A DNA stretch of 64,000 bases from a virus. Its lineage: Duplodnaviria > Caudoviricetes. Below the pieces are notes generated by a model, which saw only the letters and a program-made list of their open reading frames with translations, made no database searches and had not been told where the DNA came from. This document shows positions 37,497 through 47,059 of the stretch, in pieces; the stretch's first letter is position 1, and every line of letters begins with the position of its first letter. A program made the translations under genes and the position numbers. The stretch lies in the IMG/VR virus record IMGVR_UViG_3300028601_000022, positions 64,001 through 128,000 of that record; one strand, written 5' to 3'.

Positions 37497-38840
37497 TTCC
37501 TCGTCAAGAATCGTCCTAAACTGCGTTTCTGCACAAGCCGTAGCCAACTTATCCTGTACGGACGGAGATTCAAATTCGGCTGCAACGGTTTCGAGACCTG
37601 CAAAAATTTCATCAACGGATTCGGTTATTGTATCCGTTTCCTTCTCAAGGTTAGTCTGGAGTTCGGTGAGGGCAGTATTTGCAACAACAGTCATACCCTC
37701 GATGGTCTCCAGTGTAGTATCCAGAAGAGAGGCTTCGGCTATATCCAGGTCAGCAATAATCTTGTTCAGGAGCTCCAGCACCCGTTCAAGTGCCTCTCTA
37801 TACCGAATGTCGTCAGGAGTGCTACTGCTATCGTGGTCAATACTGTCCTGAATAAGAGCAATTACTTCCAGCCTTGCCTGCTCTGCGGAAGCCAGTGCTG
37901 CCTGTATGCGCTCAAGAACTTCCACCCTTAGGTAGTTTCCTTCGGCGTAGAATCCACGGTTAGCTGCTATGCTATCCTTGGACTCATTTATTGCAGTACC
38001 GTATTCCCTCTTTAAAGTCACCATGTCATGCTTGGCTAGCTTTCTGCTATTGGTAGTGACCCTTGAAATGGCGCCAGGGGAACTTGTTTGGGAAGAACTG
38101 GAGGAACTAGAGCCTGACGAATTGGACAGTAGGCTAGCTCCCACTACACCGATAGCCGCGCATGCCGCTACGTCGCGCAGAATCTTGTTTACGGCGGCAA
38201 CAATGGTAGAAGACTTTCCGAGGATGGAGCGGAGTTCTTTTATTACATCCTTCACATTCTGAGGGCAGTCAGGTAGGACTTCCATTGCTGCACTTACCGC
38301 TCTTTGCACAAGCTCTACTGTCTGCCTTCGGATGCTATCAATCTTTGCCAGCATGGTTCGCTGCATACGCAAGGCAGACGCTGCCAACTTTGCTATGCAG
38401 CCCTGAAGGAGGGCTGCTATAAGAATACATGCGGCCATAAGGGCGAGGGCTATGACGCCGTTTGTTCCTGATACAGCACCCTTAGCCGCCTCGAATGCCT
38501 GCGTATAGTTGGAAGAAATACCTGTTATTGAACCAGCTAGACCTGACATTCTCTGGCTTGTTCTTGCCGGCCCGTACCGCACCGCTGTTCCAAGACCGCT
38601 GCCCAGCAGGCTGTTATTCGAGTTGAGAGAGGTCTCAACGTCACTAAGTGGACTTCGTGTAAGCGTATCCACTCCAGTCCGGGCATTCTGCAAGGAAGTC
38701 TGCGCTAGACCACCAAGCATTCCCAGAGAATCAACGGAACCCTGCATGGGCTGTAGACCTCTTAGGTATGTATCAGCTACTGGGCTACCAGAAAGACCTG
38801 GCGTTGTAGTAGTTGTTGGTATAGAAACTCTTGTTCCCAT
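37494..38840 (-). CDS. hypothetical virion-associated helical protein
   Basis: AGGAGG RBS before ATG 38840; hydrophobic segment, Ser tract, acidic coiled coil; in baseplate block. Confidence 0.6.
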   Translation of the reverse strand: MGTRVSIPTTTTTPGLSGSPVADTYLRGLQPMQGSVDSLGMLGGLAQTSLQNARTGVDTLTRSPLSDVETSLNSNNSLLGSGLGTAVRYGPARTSQRMSGLAGSITGISSNYTQAFEAAKGAVSGTNGVIALALMAACILIAALLQGCIAKLAASALRMQRTMLAKIDSIRRQTVELVQRAVSAAMEVLPDCPQNVKDVIKELRSILGKSSTIVAAVNKILRDVAACAAIGVVGASLLSNSSGSSSSSSSQTSSPGAISRVTTNSRKLAKHDMVTLKREYGTAINESKDSIAANRGFYAEGNYLRVEVLERIQAALASAEQARLEVIALIQDSIDHDSSSTPDDIRYREALERVLELLNKIIADLDIAEASLLDTTLETIEGMTVVANTALTELQTNLEKETDTITESVDEIFAGLETVAAEFESPSVQDKLATACAETQFRTILDEE

Positions 38841-38860
38841 AATTCCTCCTGCATATGCAG

Positions 38861-38990
38861 AAAATAAAAAACCCCCGCTACGCAAGTGTCCGGCAAGCGC
38901 AGCGGGGGTGACCCAGGGGAGGGAGTAGGGCTTGGAAACATCCTGGCGAGAGATGGGGCTTTGGCGTACCCGCTGTTTCCAAACAAAGCT
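38861..38990 (-). terminator. tandem hairpins ending in a strong intrinsic terminator
   Basis: Minus strand: TTGGAAACA...TGTTTCCAA, then ACCCCCGCTGCGC...GCGTAGCGGGGGTTTTTTATTTT. Confidence 0.7.
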
Positions 38991-40142
38991 TTACTGCTGC
39001 ATGCCACTATCGCGTGTTGCTTGAAAAGACATTTTTGCCATGCCATCGGAAATGCCACGAACCACTTTACCAATGAGATACTTGCCTGAGGAATCTTGGT
39101 TCATTCTGCTGCTAGTGGAAGAGGTATCGTGGACTTTCACCACATCACACACTTTCACATCTTTATCCATAGCACTTGTGGTTATTTCAAATACTTCCAT
39201 GGACAAAAGCATTTGACCGTAGTCATAGTTTACTTCCGCTTTGCAGAATCCAGCATCTTCATTGCTACCAGAGAAATACACCGGGGCCAAAGTACGGCGT
39301 TGCACGTTTCCTGTTTCAGGCGGCCTCTTACCTGTAAGTCCAAGGTCAATATCAACAGAATAGTTCGTGCGGATACCGTGCTCGGCAGATACAATAGGTA
39401 AGTCCAGACCATACCCGCCAAAGGTATTGAGAGCACCTGAGCGTGACTTTACAGTAGGGACAGAAATTAAGGGTATGCCCGTTGAACCAGAACCACCTAC
39501 TACCCAGGTTTCCTTGCCACTGCACTCTTTGGCGGTGTCAATGATGATATACTCACCATTCATGGTGATACCGACAGTAACAAAGGACTTGTCAATGTAA
39601 CTGTGGCGTACCACATGGTCCATAAACTTCTTATACGATTGGTTCCCTTGATACCAAGCATGGTTACCGGAGGACTTTGCTTTGTTAGTAACCCTGCTGA
39701 AAAACTTCTTAGCGCAGGCTTCAAGGCACTCTGTACCGGTGCAAGGGCCAAGGGTTTGAATATACGGCGTTTGGCACATTACTGTGGCATTGTTGTCACC
39801 AACATACACGCCTTGTGCGCTGTACCTAAACCGGCCGTTTCCTACGTCAGTAACATCCTTTGCGAGGATGGCAACGCGGGAATCAATAATCTTCCTTGAA
39901 GAAGTTCCTGCCGACATGGACAGTTTCAGGTGAGAGTTCTCGTTCCAATACCTTTTCCAGGCTTCGGTTGCAGAGAACTCAATGGAGAACGTAGGGAGGT
40001 TGTTCCCTGTCTCCTCTATCATGTAGAACTGGTGCATATCGGCCGGGGCGATACCGCTTAGTCTGCGCGACTCTACCTCGCTCCCTTTGTAGATAAGACC
40101 AATCCCCAACTTCCACTGGTGCTCAATGCCAAGAGTAATCAT
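38991..40142 (-). CDS. putative baseplate hub protein (T4 gp27-like)
   Basis: 383 aa; WYQ.NQSY..F pattern, C-terminal SGKYLIGKVVR; follows gp53-like gene. Confidence 0.6.
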   Translation of the reverse strand: MITLGIEHQWKLGIGLIYKGSEVESRRLSGIAPADMHQFYMIEETGNNLPTFSIEFSATEAWKRYWNENSHLKLSMSAGTSSRKIIDSRVAILAKDVTDVGNGRFRYSAQGVYVGDNNATVMCQTPYIQTLGPCTGTECLEACAKKFFSRVTNKAKSSGNHAWYQGNQSYKKFMDHVVRHSYIDKSFVTVGITMNGEYIIIDTAKECSGKETWVVGGSGSTGIPLISVPTVKSRSGALNTFGGYGLDLPIVSAEHGIRTNYSVDIDLGLTGKRPPETGNVQRRTLAPVYFSGSNEDAGFCKAEVNYDYGQMLLSMEVFEITTSAMDKDVKVCDVVKVHDTSSTSSRMNQDSSGKYLIGKVVRGISDGMAKMSFQATRDSGMQQ

Positions 40143-40144
40143 AC

Positions 40145-40474
40145 CTACCTCACCGTGGTGTCAAAAAGAATGGCTTCCATTGAGGACAATGAGGGGTAGG
40201 ACAGCGTGATACCAGGAACTACCTCGGTATAGGAGTTTAGGTTATTGTATAGCATGAGCATAAGTTTGTACTGCTCACTGCCGTAAATTTTATAGGAGAT
40301 AAGGTCAGGACGAAAGCGTTCGGTAGTAACCGAATACGTCCCGGCTACCGGTAGTTGAAGCAGCTTTTCAACGAATACCGAAGTAAGAATATCGTAGAAC
40401 CCCTCGTTGAACTCAAGTATCTTACCAAGGTCAAAGACCGGTTCTGCATTGAATGAGGTATTAGGAGCAAACAT
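40145..40474 (-). CDS. baseplate wedge protein (T4 gp53/LysM-like)
   Basis: RPDLISYKIYG...LMLYNN...PG..LSYP. Confidence 0.75.
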   Translation of the reverse strand: MFAPNTSFNAEPVFDLGKILEFNEGFYDILTSVFVEKLLQLPVAGTYSVTTERFRPDLISYKIYGSEQYKLMLMLYNNLNSYTEVVPGITLSYPSLSSMEAILFDTTVR

Positions 40475-40482
40475 ATGCCCTC

Positions 40483-41232
40483 CTAGGACATGCCAAGAAA
40501 CATGCGCTTGTATTCCGCAGCTTTCAGGTCACGGTAGGTAGTAAAGGTAACTGTTCCTGTAACATACAGGGGATTACCAAGCTTCGTGGTTTCTTTCGAG
40601 GCTTCAAATGAAGATACTTCAGGTAGAAGGCCGTGAGCTTCAAACCAGTTACCTATGCGAACGGAGCAGGTACCCTGAATATTGCCACCGTAACCGAAGC
40701 CGTCATTTACTATGTTCTCCAGCACCCTAGCTGGGCTGTATCCGTTAGGTGCCCAAAAGAAGAGGTCTCTATCCGATTGCGTTCCAGCAAACGGCTTACC
40801 TGGCATGCTTAGTGCAAGCAACTTAGCCATGTCATCTTGTGGTCTATCTTCAGGCTTCAAGGCCACAAATAGAAGCTGCAGTGGAGGGAGCTGCATCTGG
40901 GAACCATCCCACTTCTTAACAGAACCGGCTACTGTCTTTCCCTTACCTGTAAGAGAAGCCATCGCATTGACGCTTTCTATCACGCCAAGAGCGGCAGCTA
41001 CACCAGCTCCTACCCTACCAGGAAGCGCCTCAATGAGCCTGTTTGCAATGTTACTGGCTGCCGCACCGAACATATCAGCAACTTCGGTGTATGCAGCACT
41101 GGTCGAGAAAGAGTAGGTGTCTGCCGTAGCAAATCCTACCAGTGGACGTGAACCCTCGGCATCATTTATGCCTATTGTAATACGGGTATTCTCGCAGTCC
41201 ATGATTTTCTGAATTTCCCACAACGCATCCAT
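40483..41232 (-). CDS. putative baseplate tail-tube initiator/cap (gp48/gp54-like)
   Basis: Position between tail lysin and gp53-like; VRIGNWF, GNP...TVTFTT. Confidence 0.5.
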   Translation of the reverse strand: MDALWEIQKIMDCENTRITIGINDAEGSRPLVGFATADTYSFSTSAAYTEVADMFGAAASNIANRLIEALPGRVGAGVAAALGVIESVNAMASLTGKGKTVAGSVKKWDGSQMQLPPLQLLFVALKPEDRPQDDMAKLLALSMPGKPFAGTQSDRDLFFWAPNGYSPARVLENIVNDGFGYGGNIQGTCSVRIGNWFEAHGLLPEVSSFEASKETTKLGNPLYVTGTVTFTTYRDLKAAEYKRMFLGMS

Positions 41233-41244
41233 ATATGTTTCCCC

Positions 41245-43551
41245 TTAGGAGTGTACCGGCGTAAGCGGGTCTATTTGAAAAGCCAACACAGAAAGGTTAT
41301 CTACGCGCATCGGCAAAGAGCCACCCGCACCACTAGACTGCCCTTTATCTTCCTTCTGCGGTGGAGCCTGCTGAATAATTATAGGGGCCTGTGCTACGGG
41401 TGCAGGTTCTTTTGCAGCTACCGGACGAATGGGAGCAGCCTTATTAACAGGAGCTACGTTAGGAGCGAGAGAGCCGCCCTTTGCCTGAGGAGCGCCCAGA
41501 ATACCTGCTCCTGTATGTGCTCGATTGCGGCTTGGATTAAGGCCTGCTAGCTCGGACTTAGGCTCCGGTTCTTTAAAGAACGGCGAGTCGGTATTATCCG
41601 GGCCGGGGTCAGTCAAGTTGTTGCTTGCAAGGTAATCTCGATACCGCTGCTGGTAGGTGCTTGCTCTGTCACCAAGGCCGTAATCTGCCTCCCGCGTAAG
41701 CCTAACACCAGAGTTCTTGAGGTACTCTTGGAAGGAGGGGCCTGTTGCCTGTGCGGTATTTGCACCAGGCGTCACTCCCTCGGTTCCATTCTGCGGTGCG
41801 GATAACGCATCTGCAACCTGAGTTCCAGGTATGCTTGCCTGCTGTGCTCCAGCCTCCGCAGGCTCTTGCACAGGCTGACCTGTAAGTGCCGCGGTTACCT
41901 CAGGGGCGGCCTGAGTTGTATTAGCTGCAAGGTCTGACGCCTGCTTCGCATCTTCTGCCTTTGTATCTTCTGCCTTCTTTATCTGGCGAGAGGCTTCAAG
42001 CGGGTCTGACGTAAGAAATCCGTATTTACCGAAGTTCCGCTGGAAAGAAGCAACAGGTTGCCAGATAACGCCCTTGCTGGATGAAGAATGAGAAACCCCA
42101 AGCTCGCCAGTATCTGGATTGCGTACAACAATGCCGACGTGACCGATACCGCCCATTCGGCTACCGTTGTTTCGTACACCAATAAGCTGGCCTTCTTTCA
42201 GCCCGCCAGATGAAACATCATTGGTAGCCTGCAAAGTGTTATTTCTTCTTCCGGTTCCTATAACCTGTTCAGCCGCATTCTTCCCTGATAGCTGTTCAAT
42301 TACATTCTGCGGGGCACCTGCTTTTTTCATAGCACTCTGAACCCATCCGGAACAATCTATAGCTCCGGTCGCTAGGTTCTTCGAGCCGTATCCATACCGC
42401 GTACCCGCAGCTTCCTTTGTAGCGTTGAACAGGTCAACATTAAGGTCACCGGACTTGCCGGCAACCAAGGCTTCAGCAGCACGCCTTCCAGGTGTATTCT
42501 GTGGACGCAAGTAGGCAGCATGCTTTTCGTAAGCTGCGTCCTTTCCTAGAAGTGCCCTATCCGAACCAATTTCAATGCCCTTGTTAATCTCCGCTTCTGT
42601 ATAGGCTCTAGCTCCGGGAGACTCGTTCTTCATGATGGTCTGCACGAAGGGCTTTAGGAGTTCCGGATTTTGTTTGAAGTCAATTTTTTGGTCAGGGGAA
42701 ATACCTAGCCGCTTAGATATGCTGGCTATATATGCCTCGGTGTTGTTATTGTCAGACGCCGGAGCATAAATCTGCATAATCTCGCGGATTGTTTTCTTAC
42801 CTGCAAGACCAGGGTTCCTGTCACCAGGCTGCGCATCTTGGTTATAACGGTATAGCCGGTCAACAATGCCTGCCACACCAGCTTCTTTCGTAGCGAACTT
42901 GGCATGGCCTTTTTCGTCTTGACCTACCTGACCAAGGTAGCCGGTCCCCTTTACGTTACCTGGGTTTACGTTGCGCGAACCACGGTCATTGAAAGCAGAA
43001 AGGTCTTCATACTTCTGGCTTTCACCTGGAGTATAGCCAAGACCTCCACCTCCACTCCCACTGCTAGAAGAGCCGCTAGCTCCACCGCTAGAAGAGCCGA
43101 TAGCTCCACCTACGGCACCACCGGCTATGCCCCCAAGAAAGCTAGGAAGCAGGGTCTTAAGGAGAGTTTTTAGGTTGCTGGTAAAGCTGCCCATACCAGG
43201 CTGCGTTAACCCTCCCATAAAGGGGCGGCCACCTATGCCCGCATTACCAAGTCCTCTTGCGTTCAAAGCATTAAGATTGCGCTTTATCTCGCCAGATATA
43301 AACTTGCCAAGAGGGCTGGTTCGAAGGTTTGGCACTATGGTATTGGTACCCATAAGGGAGCCAATTTTATCAATCTGCTTGCTTGAACGGCTGTGCAGAC
43401 TTTGTATAGACTTTATCAGTGCCATGTTGTCATCCAGGTCGGACTTCAACTTGGCTTCTCCTTGTTTGCGCTCCGTACCTTCTTTCTCCAGGGCAGCAAC
43501 TACCTCAGAGATTGAGGTTTTATCTTTTTTGTCACGGCGATTCATATGCAC
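41245..43551 (-). CDS. tail-associated peptidoglycan hydrolase (lysozyme-like plus NlpC/P60 domains)
   Basis: RNVNPGNV...F.T.EAG...YAP.SDNNNT.AY domain; YGYG...IDCSGWVQ...GHVGI...HSSS. Confidence 0.8.
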   Translation of the reverse strand: MHMNRRDKKDKTSISEVVAALEKEGTERKQGEAKLKSDLDDNMALIKSIQSLHSRSSKQIDKIGSLMGTNTIVPNLRTSPLGKFISGEIKRNLNALNARGLGNAGIGGRPFMGGLTQPGMGSFTSNLKTLLKTLLPSFLGGIAGGAVGGAIGSSSGGASGSSSSGSGGGGLGYTPGESQKYEDLSAFNDRGSRNVNPGNVKGTGYLGQVGQDEKGHAKFATKEAGVAGIVDRLYRYNQDAQPGDRNPGLAGKKTIREIMQIYAPASDNNNTEAYIASISKRLGISPDQKIDFKQNPELLKPFVQTIMKNESPGARAYTEAEINKGIEIGSDRALLGKDAAYEKHAAYLRPQNTPGRRAAEALVAGKSGDLNVDLFNATKEAAGTRYGYGSKNLATGAIDCSGWVQSAMKKAGAPQNVIEQLSGKNAAEQVIGTGRRNNTLQATNDVSSGGLKEGQLIGVRNNGSRMGGIGHVGIVVRNPDTGELGVSHSSSSKGVIWQPVASFQRNFGKYGFLTSDPLEASRQIKKAEDTKAEDAKQASDLAANTTQAAPEVTAALTGQPVQEPAEAGAQQASIPGTQVADALSAPQNGTEGVTPGANTAQATGPSFQEYLKNSGVRLTREADYGLGDRASTYQQRYRDYLASNNLTDPGPDNTDSPFFKEPEPKSELAGLNPSRNRAHTGAGILGAPQAKGGSLAPNVAPVNKAAPIRPVAAKEPAPVAQAPIIIQQAPPQKEDKGQSSGAGGSLPMRVDNLSVLAFQIDPLTPVHS

Positions 43552-43617
43552 ATCCTGTCCTTAGAATAAGGGCGGATTCTGGCCCTACAATCAAAACTTT
43601 CACCAAGGGTTTATACC

Positions 43618-44565
43618 ATGAATACAGCAACCGAAACTCTTCCTCCGATTTACGAGTTCCTTCTCTGGAACAACTGCAACAACAACTGCAAGTTCTGCCA
43701 CCAGAAGGCTCGCAAGGCACGCTTCCCTGGCAAGTTCTTGGATGCCAAACAGCAGGCGCATTCCATTCAGTTGGTACGCGACTTCCTTACAACGGGACAC
43801 CTCGTTGGTCAGGAAAGTATGCCGGCTGAAAAGAAGTTTAACATGCTTCTTATGGGCGGTGAGTTGTTTGATAACCGCCTTACGCCTGCGAATGAAAAAG
43901 CCTTCTTTGACCTTGCAGACGTTATTCTCGTCCAGATGTTGGAAGGCCGCATTGACCACCTTTACGTCAACACCAACCTGCTTTATGATATGAACATCAT
44001 GCTGTTGGACTTTCTGTACCGCTTTACACGTGCTGGGTTGAGCAGTCGTATCCGCTTTACTACCTCGTGTGACGTGGCTTACCGCTTTGCGAATCACGGC
44101 GCACTTGCCTTCATGACCAGCAATCTGAAGAAACTGCGCGTTACCTACCCTGAAATTCCGATGGTTGCAAACTGTATTCTTACTGATGCTGCGGTGCAGT
44201 TCCTGCTGAACAACCCCATGTATCCTTCCGTGTTTGAGGAACGTTACGGGGCGAGGCTCAACCTTATCCCATACATCACCCTCAAAAACAGCATGGCACC
44301 GGAAAGGGCTGACGTTCATAAGGTTCTCCTTCTCCTCAATGAACTCAACCCAGGCTATTTGAAGGCATACGTTGACGGCATCGACATGCCACAGAAGAAA
44401 TTCCTGTATGAATATGACAGTGGTAGCTATCATTCCGCTACTTCCGCTGATGCAGCCTGCGGCCACGGTGTGAACTTCGGCCATTGCTACAAGTCTACCG
44501 ACGATAAAAAGTCGGGCGCCTGCTTCATTTGTGATTGCAAAGCCCTTCTCGATTCCGTATCCTAG
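43618..44565 (+). CDS. radical SAM enzyme (paralog E)
   Basis: YEFLLWNNCNNNCKFC, MGGEL, TSCD..YRF, ILT, CGH...CFICD. Confidence 0.85.
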   Translation: MNTATETLPPIYEFLLWNNCNNNCKFCHQKARKARFPGKFLDAKQQAHSIQLVRDFLTTGHLVGQESMPAEKKFNMLLMGGELFDNRLTPANEKAFFDLADVILVQMLEGRIDHLYVNTNLLYDMNIMLLDFLYRFTRAGLSSRIRFTTSCDVAYRFANHGALAFMTSNLKKLRVTYPEIPMVANCILTDAAVQFLLNNPMYPSVFEERYGARLNLIPYITLKNSMAPERADVHKVLLLLNELNPGYLKAYVDGIDMPQKKFLYEYDSGSYHSATSADAACGHGVNFGHCYKSTDDKKSGACFICDCKALLDSVS

Positions 44566-44573
44566 GAGGATGT

Positions 44574-45422
44574 ATGTTCAACCCTAACGATAACACTCAT
44601 CCTGTTGACCAGCGGGCAAAACCCCTCATTGGCATTGTGATAAACAACCAAGACCCGTTGCAGTTACGCCGGGTTCAGGTGAAGATTGAGGGCCTGCTCG
44701 AGGGCGTAGATACAAAGACCGCACCTTGGTTTCGCCCGGAAGCTTCTGGCCTTGGTAGCCGTTCTGACTACGGCACTTTCGATGAAGTACCCGAGGTAAA
44801 CTCCCCGGTACAAGTTACGCTCACTGGCGGTGACCTTCGTAGCGGCACCTACAAAGCCTGCCATGATACCTCGGTTGATAGCTCTATGATTCGCCTCTTT
44901 GGCGAAGATTACCCGGCCACCAGCGGTAAATGCGATGCAAAAGGAACATTTACGCGCAAGAACAAAAAGCGCGGATATACCGAGAAGATGCACCAGTCAG
45001 GCTTTTATACTCAGGTAGACAAAGCCGGCAACTTGCACGTTTACATTCCCGGTAATATCTTCGTTCACGTCAAGGGCGGTATTGCAATGCAGGTCGACAA
45101 GGATTTCCTCATGAAATGCCTGGGCATGCTTGGCCTAAGCAGCGACGGTGATGCTGGCATAAGTGCTGGCGGAAACCTGGAAGCTCTTGCCGGACAGGAT
45201 ATTTCTATTGATTCTGAATCCAGTGGCCGCATTGATACTGGTCTTGGCGTGCGCTTTGGCGTGAAGGATAAGACCAACTCTGGCACAAGTAGTGCCGCTT
45301 CTACCGTAGATGCTCGCCAGGCTGAGGTTAAGGAGTTGCAGGATGCTGTTCTCCTTTCTGGCGAAGTTGCCAAGGACTCGATTGAAGTTCACTCCAACTC
45401 CCTTTTGGGCACCCGTAGCTAG
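44574..45422 (+). CDS. baseplate central spike (gp5/VgrG OB-fold)
   Basis: GIVINNQDP..LRRVQVKI, PEVNS.V.V, HQSG, beta-helix repeats; AGGAGG RBS. Confidence 0.8.
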   Translation: MFNPNDNTHPVDQRAKPLIGIVINNQDPLQLRRVQVKIEGLLEGVDTKTAPWFRPEASGLGSRSDYGTFDEVPEVNSPVQVTLTGGDLRSGTYKACHDTSVDSSMIRLFGEDYPATSGKCDAKGTFTRKNKKRGYTEKMHQSGFYTQVDKAGNLHVYIPGNIFVHVKGGIAMQVDKDFLMKCLGMLGLSSDGDAGISAGGNLEALAGQDISIDSESSGRIDTGLGVRFGVKDKTNSGTSSAASTVDARQAEVKELQDAVLLSGEVAKDSIEVHSNSLLGTRS

Positions 45423-45461
45423 GTTCGTTTAATACTGAAACAAGAACATAAGGAGTTCATC

Positions 45462-45836
45462 ATGCCTATCCAATACAAGAAAGAAGGTTTTATTTACGTT
45501 ACGTTTGACGTGGAAGGCTACCACGCTTGGGCCAATGCGCCGGAAGAGGTTGCCTTCTTGCGTAATACCCATCGGCATATGTTCAAGTTCAAGGCAACCA
45601 TCAGTGTCACTCACGATGACCGCGAAGTGGAGTTCTTCCTGTTCCAGCGCGAGGTGTCCAAGGCTATTGATTGCGTGGACAACAAGTCCTGCGAAACCCT
45701 TGCCCGGGAACTGTGCGAATACATCTCCTCTACTTACCCTGGCCGCTATGTGGAAGTGGAAGTTTCCGAAGACGGCGAGAACGGCGCCATTGTGGCTTAT
45801 ACTCCCGTTAACCGGCCGGGTAAAGCGGAGGCATAA
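45462..45836 (+). CDS. QueD-like T-fold protein with LxxxHRHxF motif (DpdL-like)
   Basis: EGYH.W, LRNTHRHMF, DREVEF, SCE, V.EDGENGA. Confidence 0.65.
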   Translation: MPIQYKKEGFIYVTFDVEGYHAWANAPEEVAFLRNTHRHMFKFKATISVTHDDREVEFFLFQREVSKAIDCVDNKSCETLARELCEYISSTYPGRYVEVEVSEDGENGAIVAYTPVNRPGKAEA

Positions 45837-47042
45837 ATGCACATCGTCCTCCTTCCCATTGAGCCGTTGGAAGAGCGGTACAGCAAGCAGTGGCTTGACT
45901 GGACGCTGGAATATTTCAACTCGGATGAGCCCTACGCTCATTATACACCGAAGGACCTCACCTACGATGTTCTTCTGCCCGAATCCTACGAATCAATCAA
46001 AAACGGCCAATTCCTGGACTGCATTCAGACTAACGCCTTTAAGGCAAAGCAGTTGCAGATGGCTATTGACTGGATATCCAAACAGGATGAGCGCGTTTTG
46101 CGCAGTCCGCAGACTGTTTTCCTCCTGCATGACGGGTGGTTTCCAGGCATTGAAATGCTGGCATATATCCGCAGTGCTATGCGGTACAACTTCCGCATTG
46201 CTGCCTGCCTTCATGCTGGCACCTGGGATACCCATGACTTCACATTCCGTTCTGGCATGAGTGTTTGGGCGCGCGGTATAGAAGCGTCTTGGATGGCTAT
46301 TTACGACCACATCTTTGTTGCAACCGAGTTTCACAAGAGCCTTATGCAGCAAAGCGGCGTTTTTGCCAATCCCCTTGCGGCCCCTATCTCGGTTACGGGG
46401 TTTCCCATATTTTCTCCCCCTAAGTTGGAACTTGCATTTCCGCAGGCTGTGAAAAAAGACTTGGTAGTCTTCCCCCACCGTGTTGCCCCTGAAAAGCGAA
46501 ATGCTTTGTTTGAAATTCTTGCAGAACGAGCCGCTAAGGTGCCCGAGCTTCGGCATTTTTCATTCGTGCAAACGAAGGAAGTCTGCACTTCGGACAACCC
46601 GAAGATTGCAAAGGAGCAGTATTACGACTTGCTTCGGTCTGCCCGGTATGCTGTGTCGTTTGCAACGCAGGAAACCTGGGGTATCGCAATGCAGGAAAGC
46701 GTCATGTGCGGCTGCATTCCTATTGTCCCTGACAGGCTTTCTTACCGGGAAATGTACCCTCCCTGCTTCCGCATACCTGATTCCCTCACATTGGACGCTG
46801 AAGTAGAGCAAATGCTTATTCGGATGGTCAAGCTTGAAGGCCTTCGTGAATATGCAGAAGAAAAGCGTGCTAACCTCAGCGGCATCTTTCAGGTAAAGGG
46901 GTTTTCTGCCCTTATAAATATGATTGATGACCTGGAGTCGAACAATTCGTTTTCACGGGCACACTCGGCTTATGCCAAAGAGGTAGCCAAGCTGGATAAC
47001 CCTGGCTCTATTCTCGACCAAGAGTTCAAAAAGCTTCTGTAA
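45837..47042 (+). CDS. GT-B glycosyltransferase
   Basis: HAG..D..DF, FPHRVAPEK, QETWGI...E, PDRLSY.EMY. Confidence 0.8.
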   Translation: MHIVLLPIEPLEERYSKQWLDWTLEYFNSDEPYAHYTPKDLTYDVLLPESYESIKNGQFLDCIQTNAFKAKQLQMAIDWISKQDERVLRSPQTVFLLHDGWFPGIEMLAYIRSAMRYNFRIAACLHAGTWDTHDFTFRSGMSVWARGIEASWMAIYDHIFVATEFHKSLMQQSGVFANPLAAPISVTGFPIFSPPKLELAFPQAVKKDLVVFPHRVAPEKRNALFEILAERAAKVPELRHFSFVQTKEVCTSDNPKIAKEQYYDLLRSARYAVSFATQETWGIAMQESVMCGCIPIVPDRLSYREMYPPCFRIPDSLTLDAEVEQMLIRMVKLEGLREYAEEKRANLSGIFQVKGFSALINMIDDLESNNSFSRAHSAYAKEVAKLDNPGSILDQEFKKLL

Positions 47043-47059
47043 CCAATAAGGATATCGCA

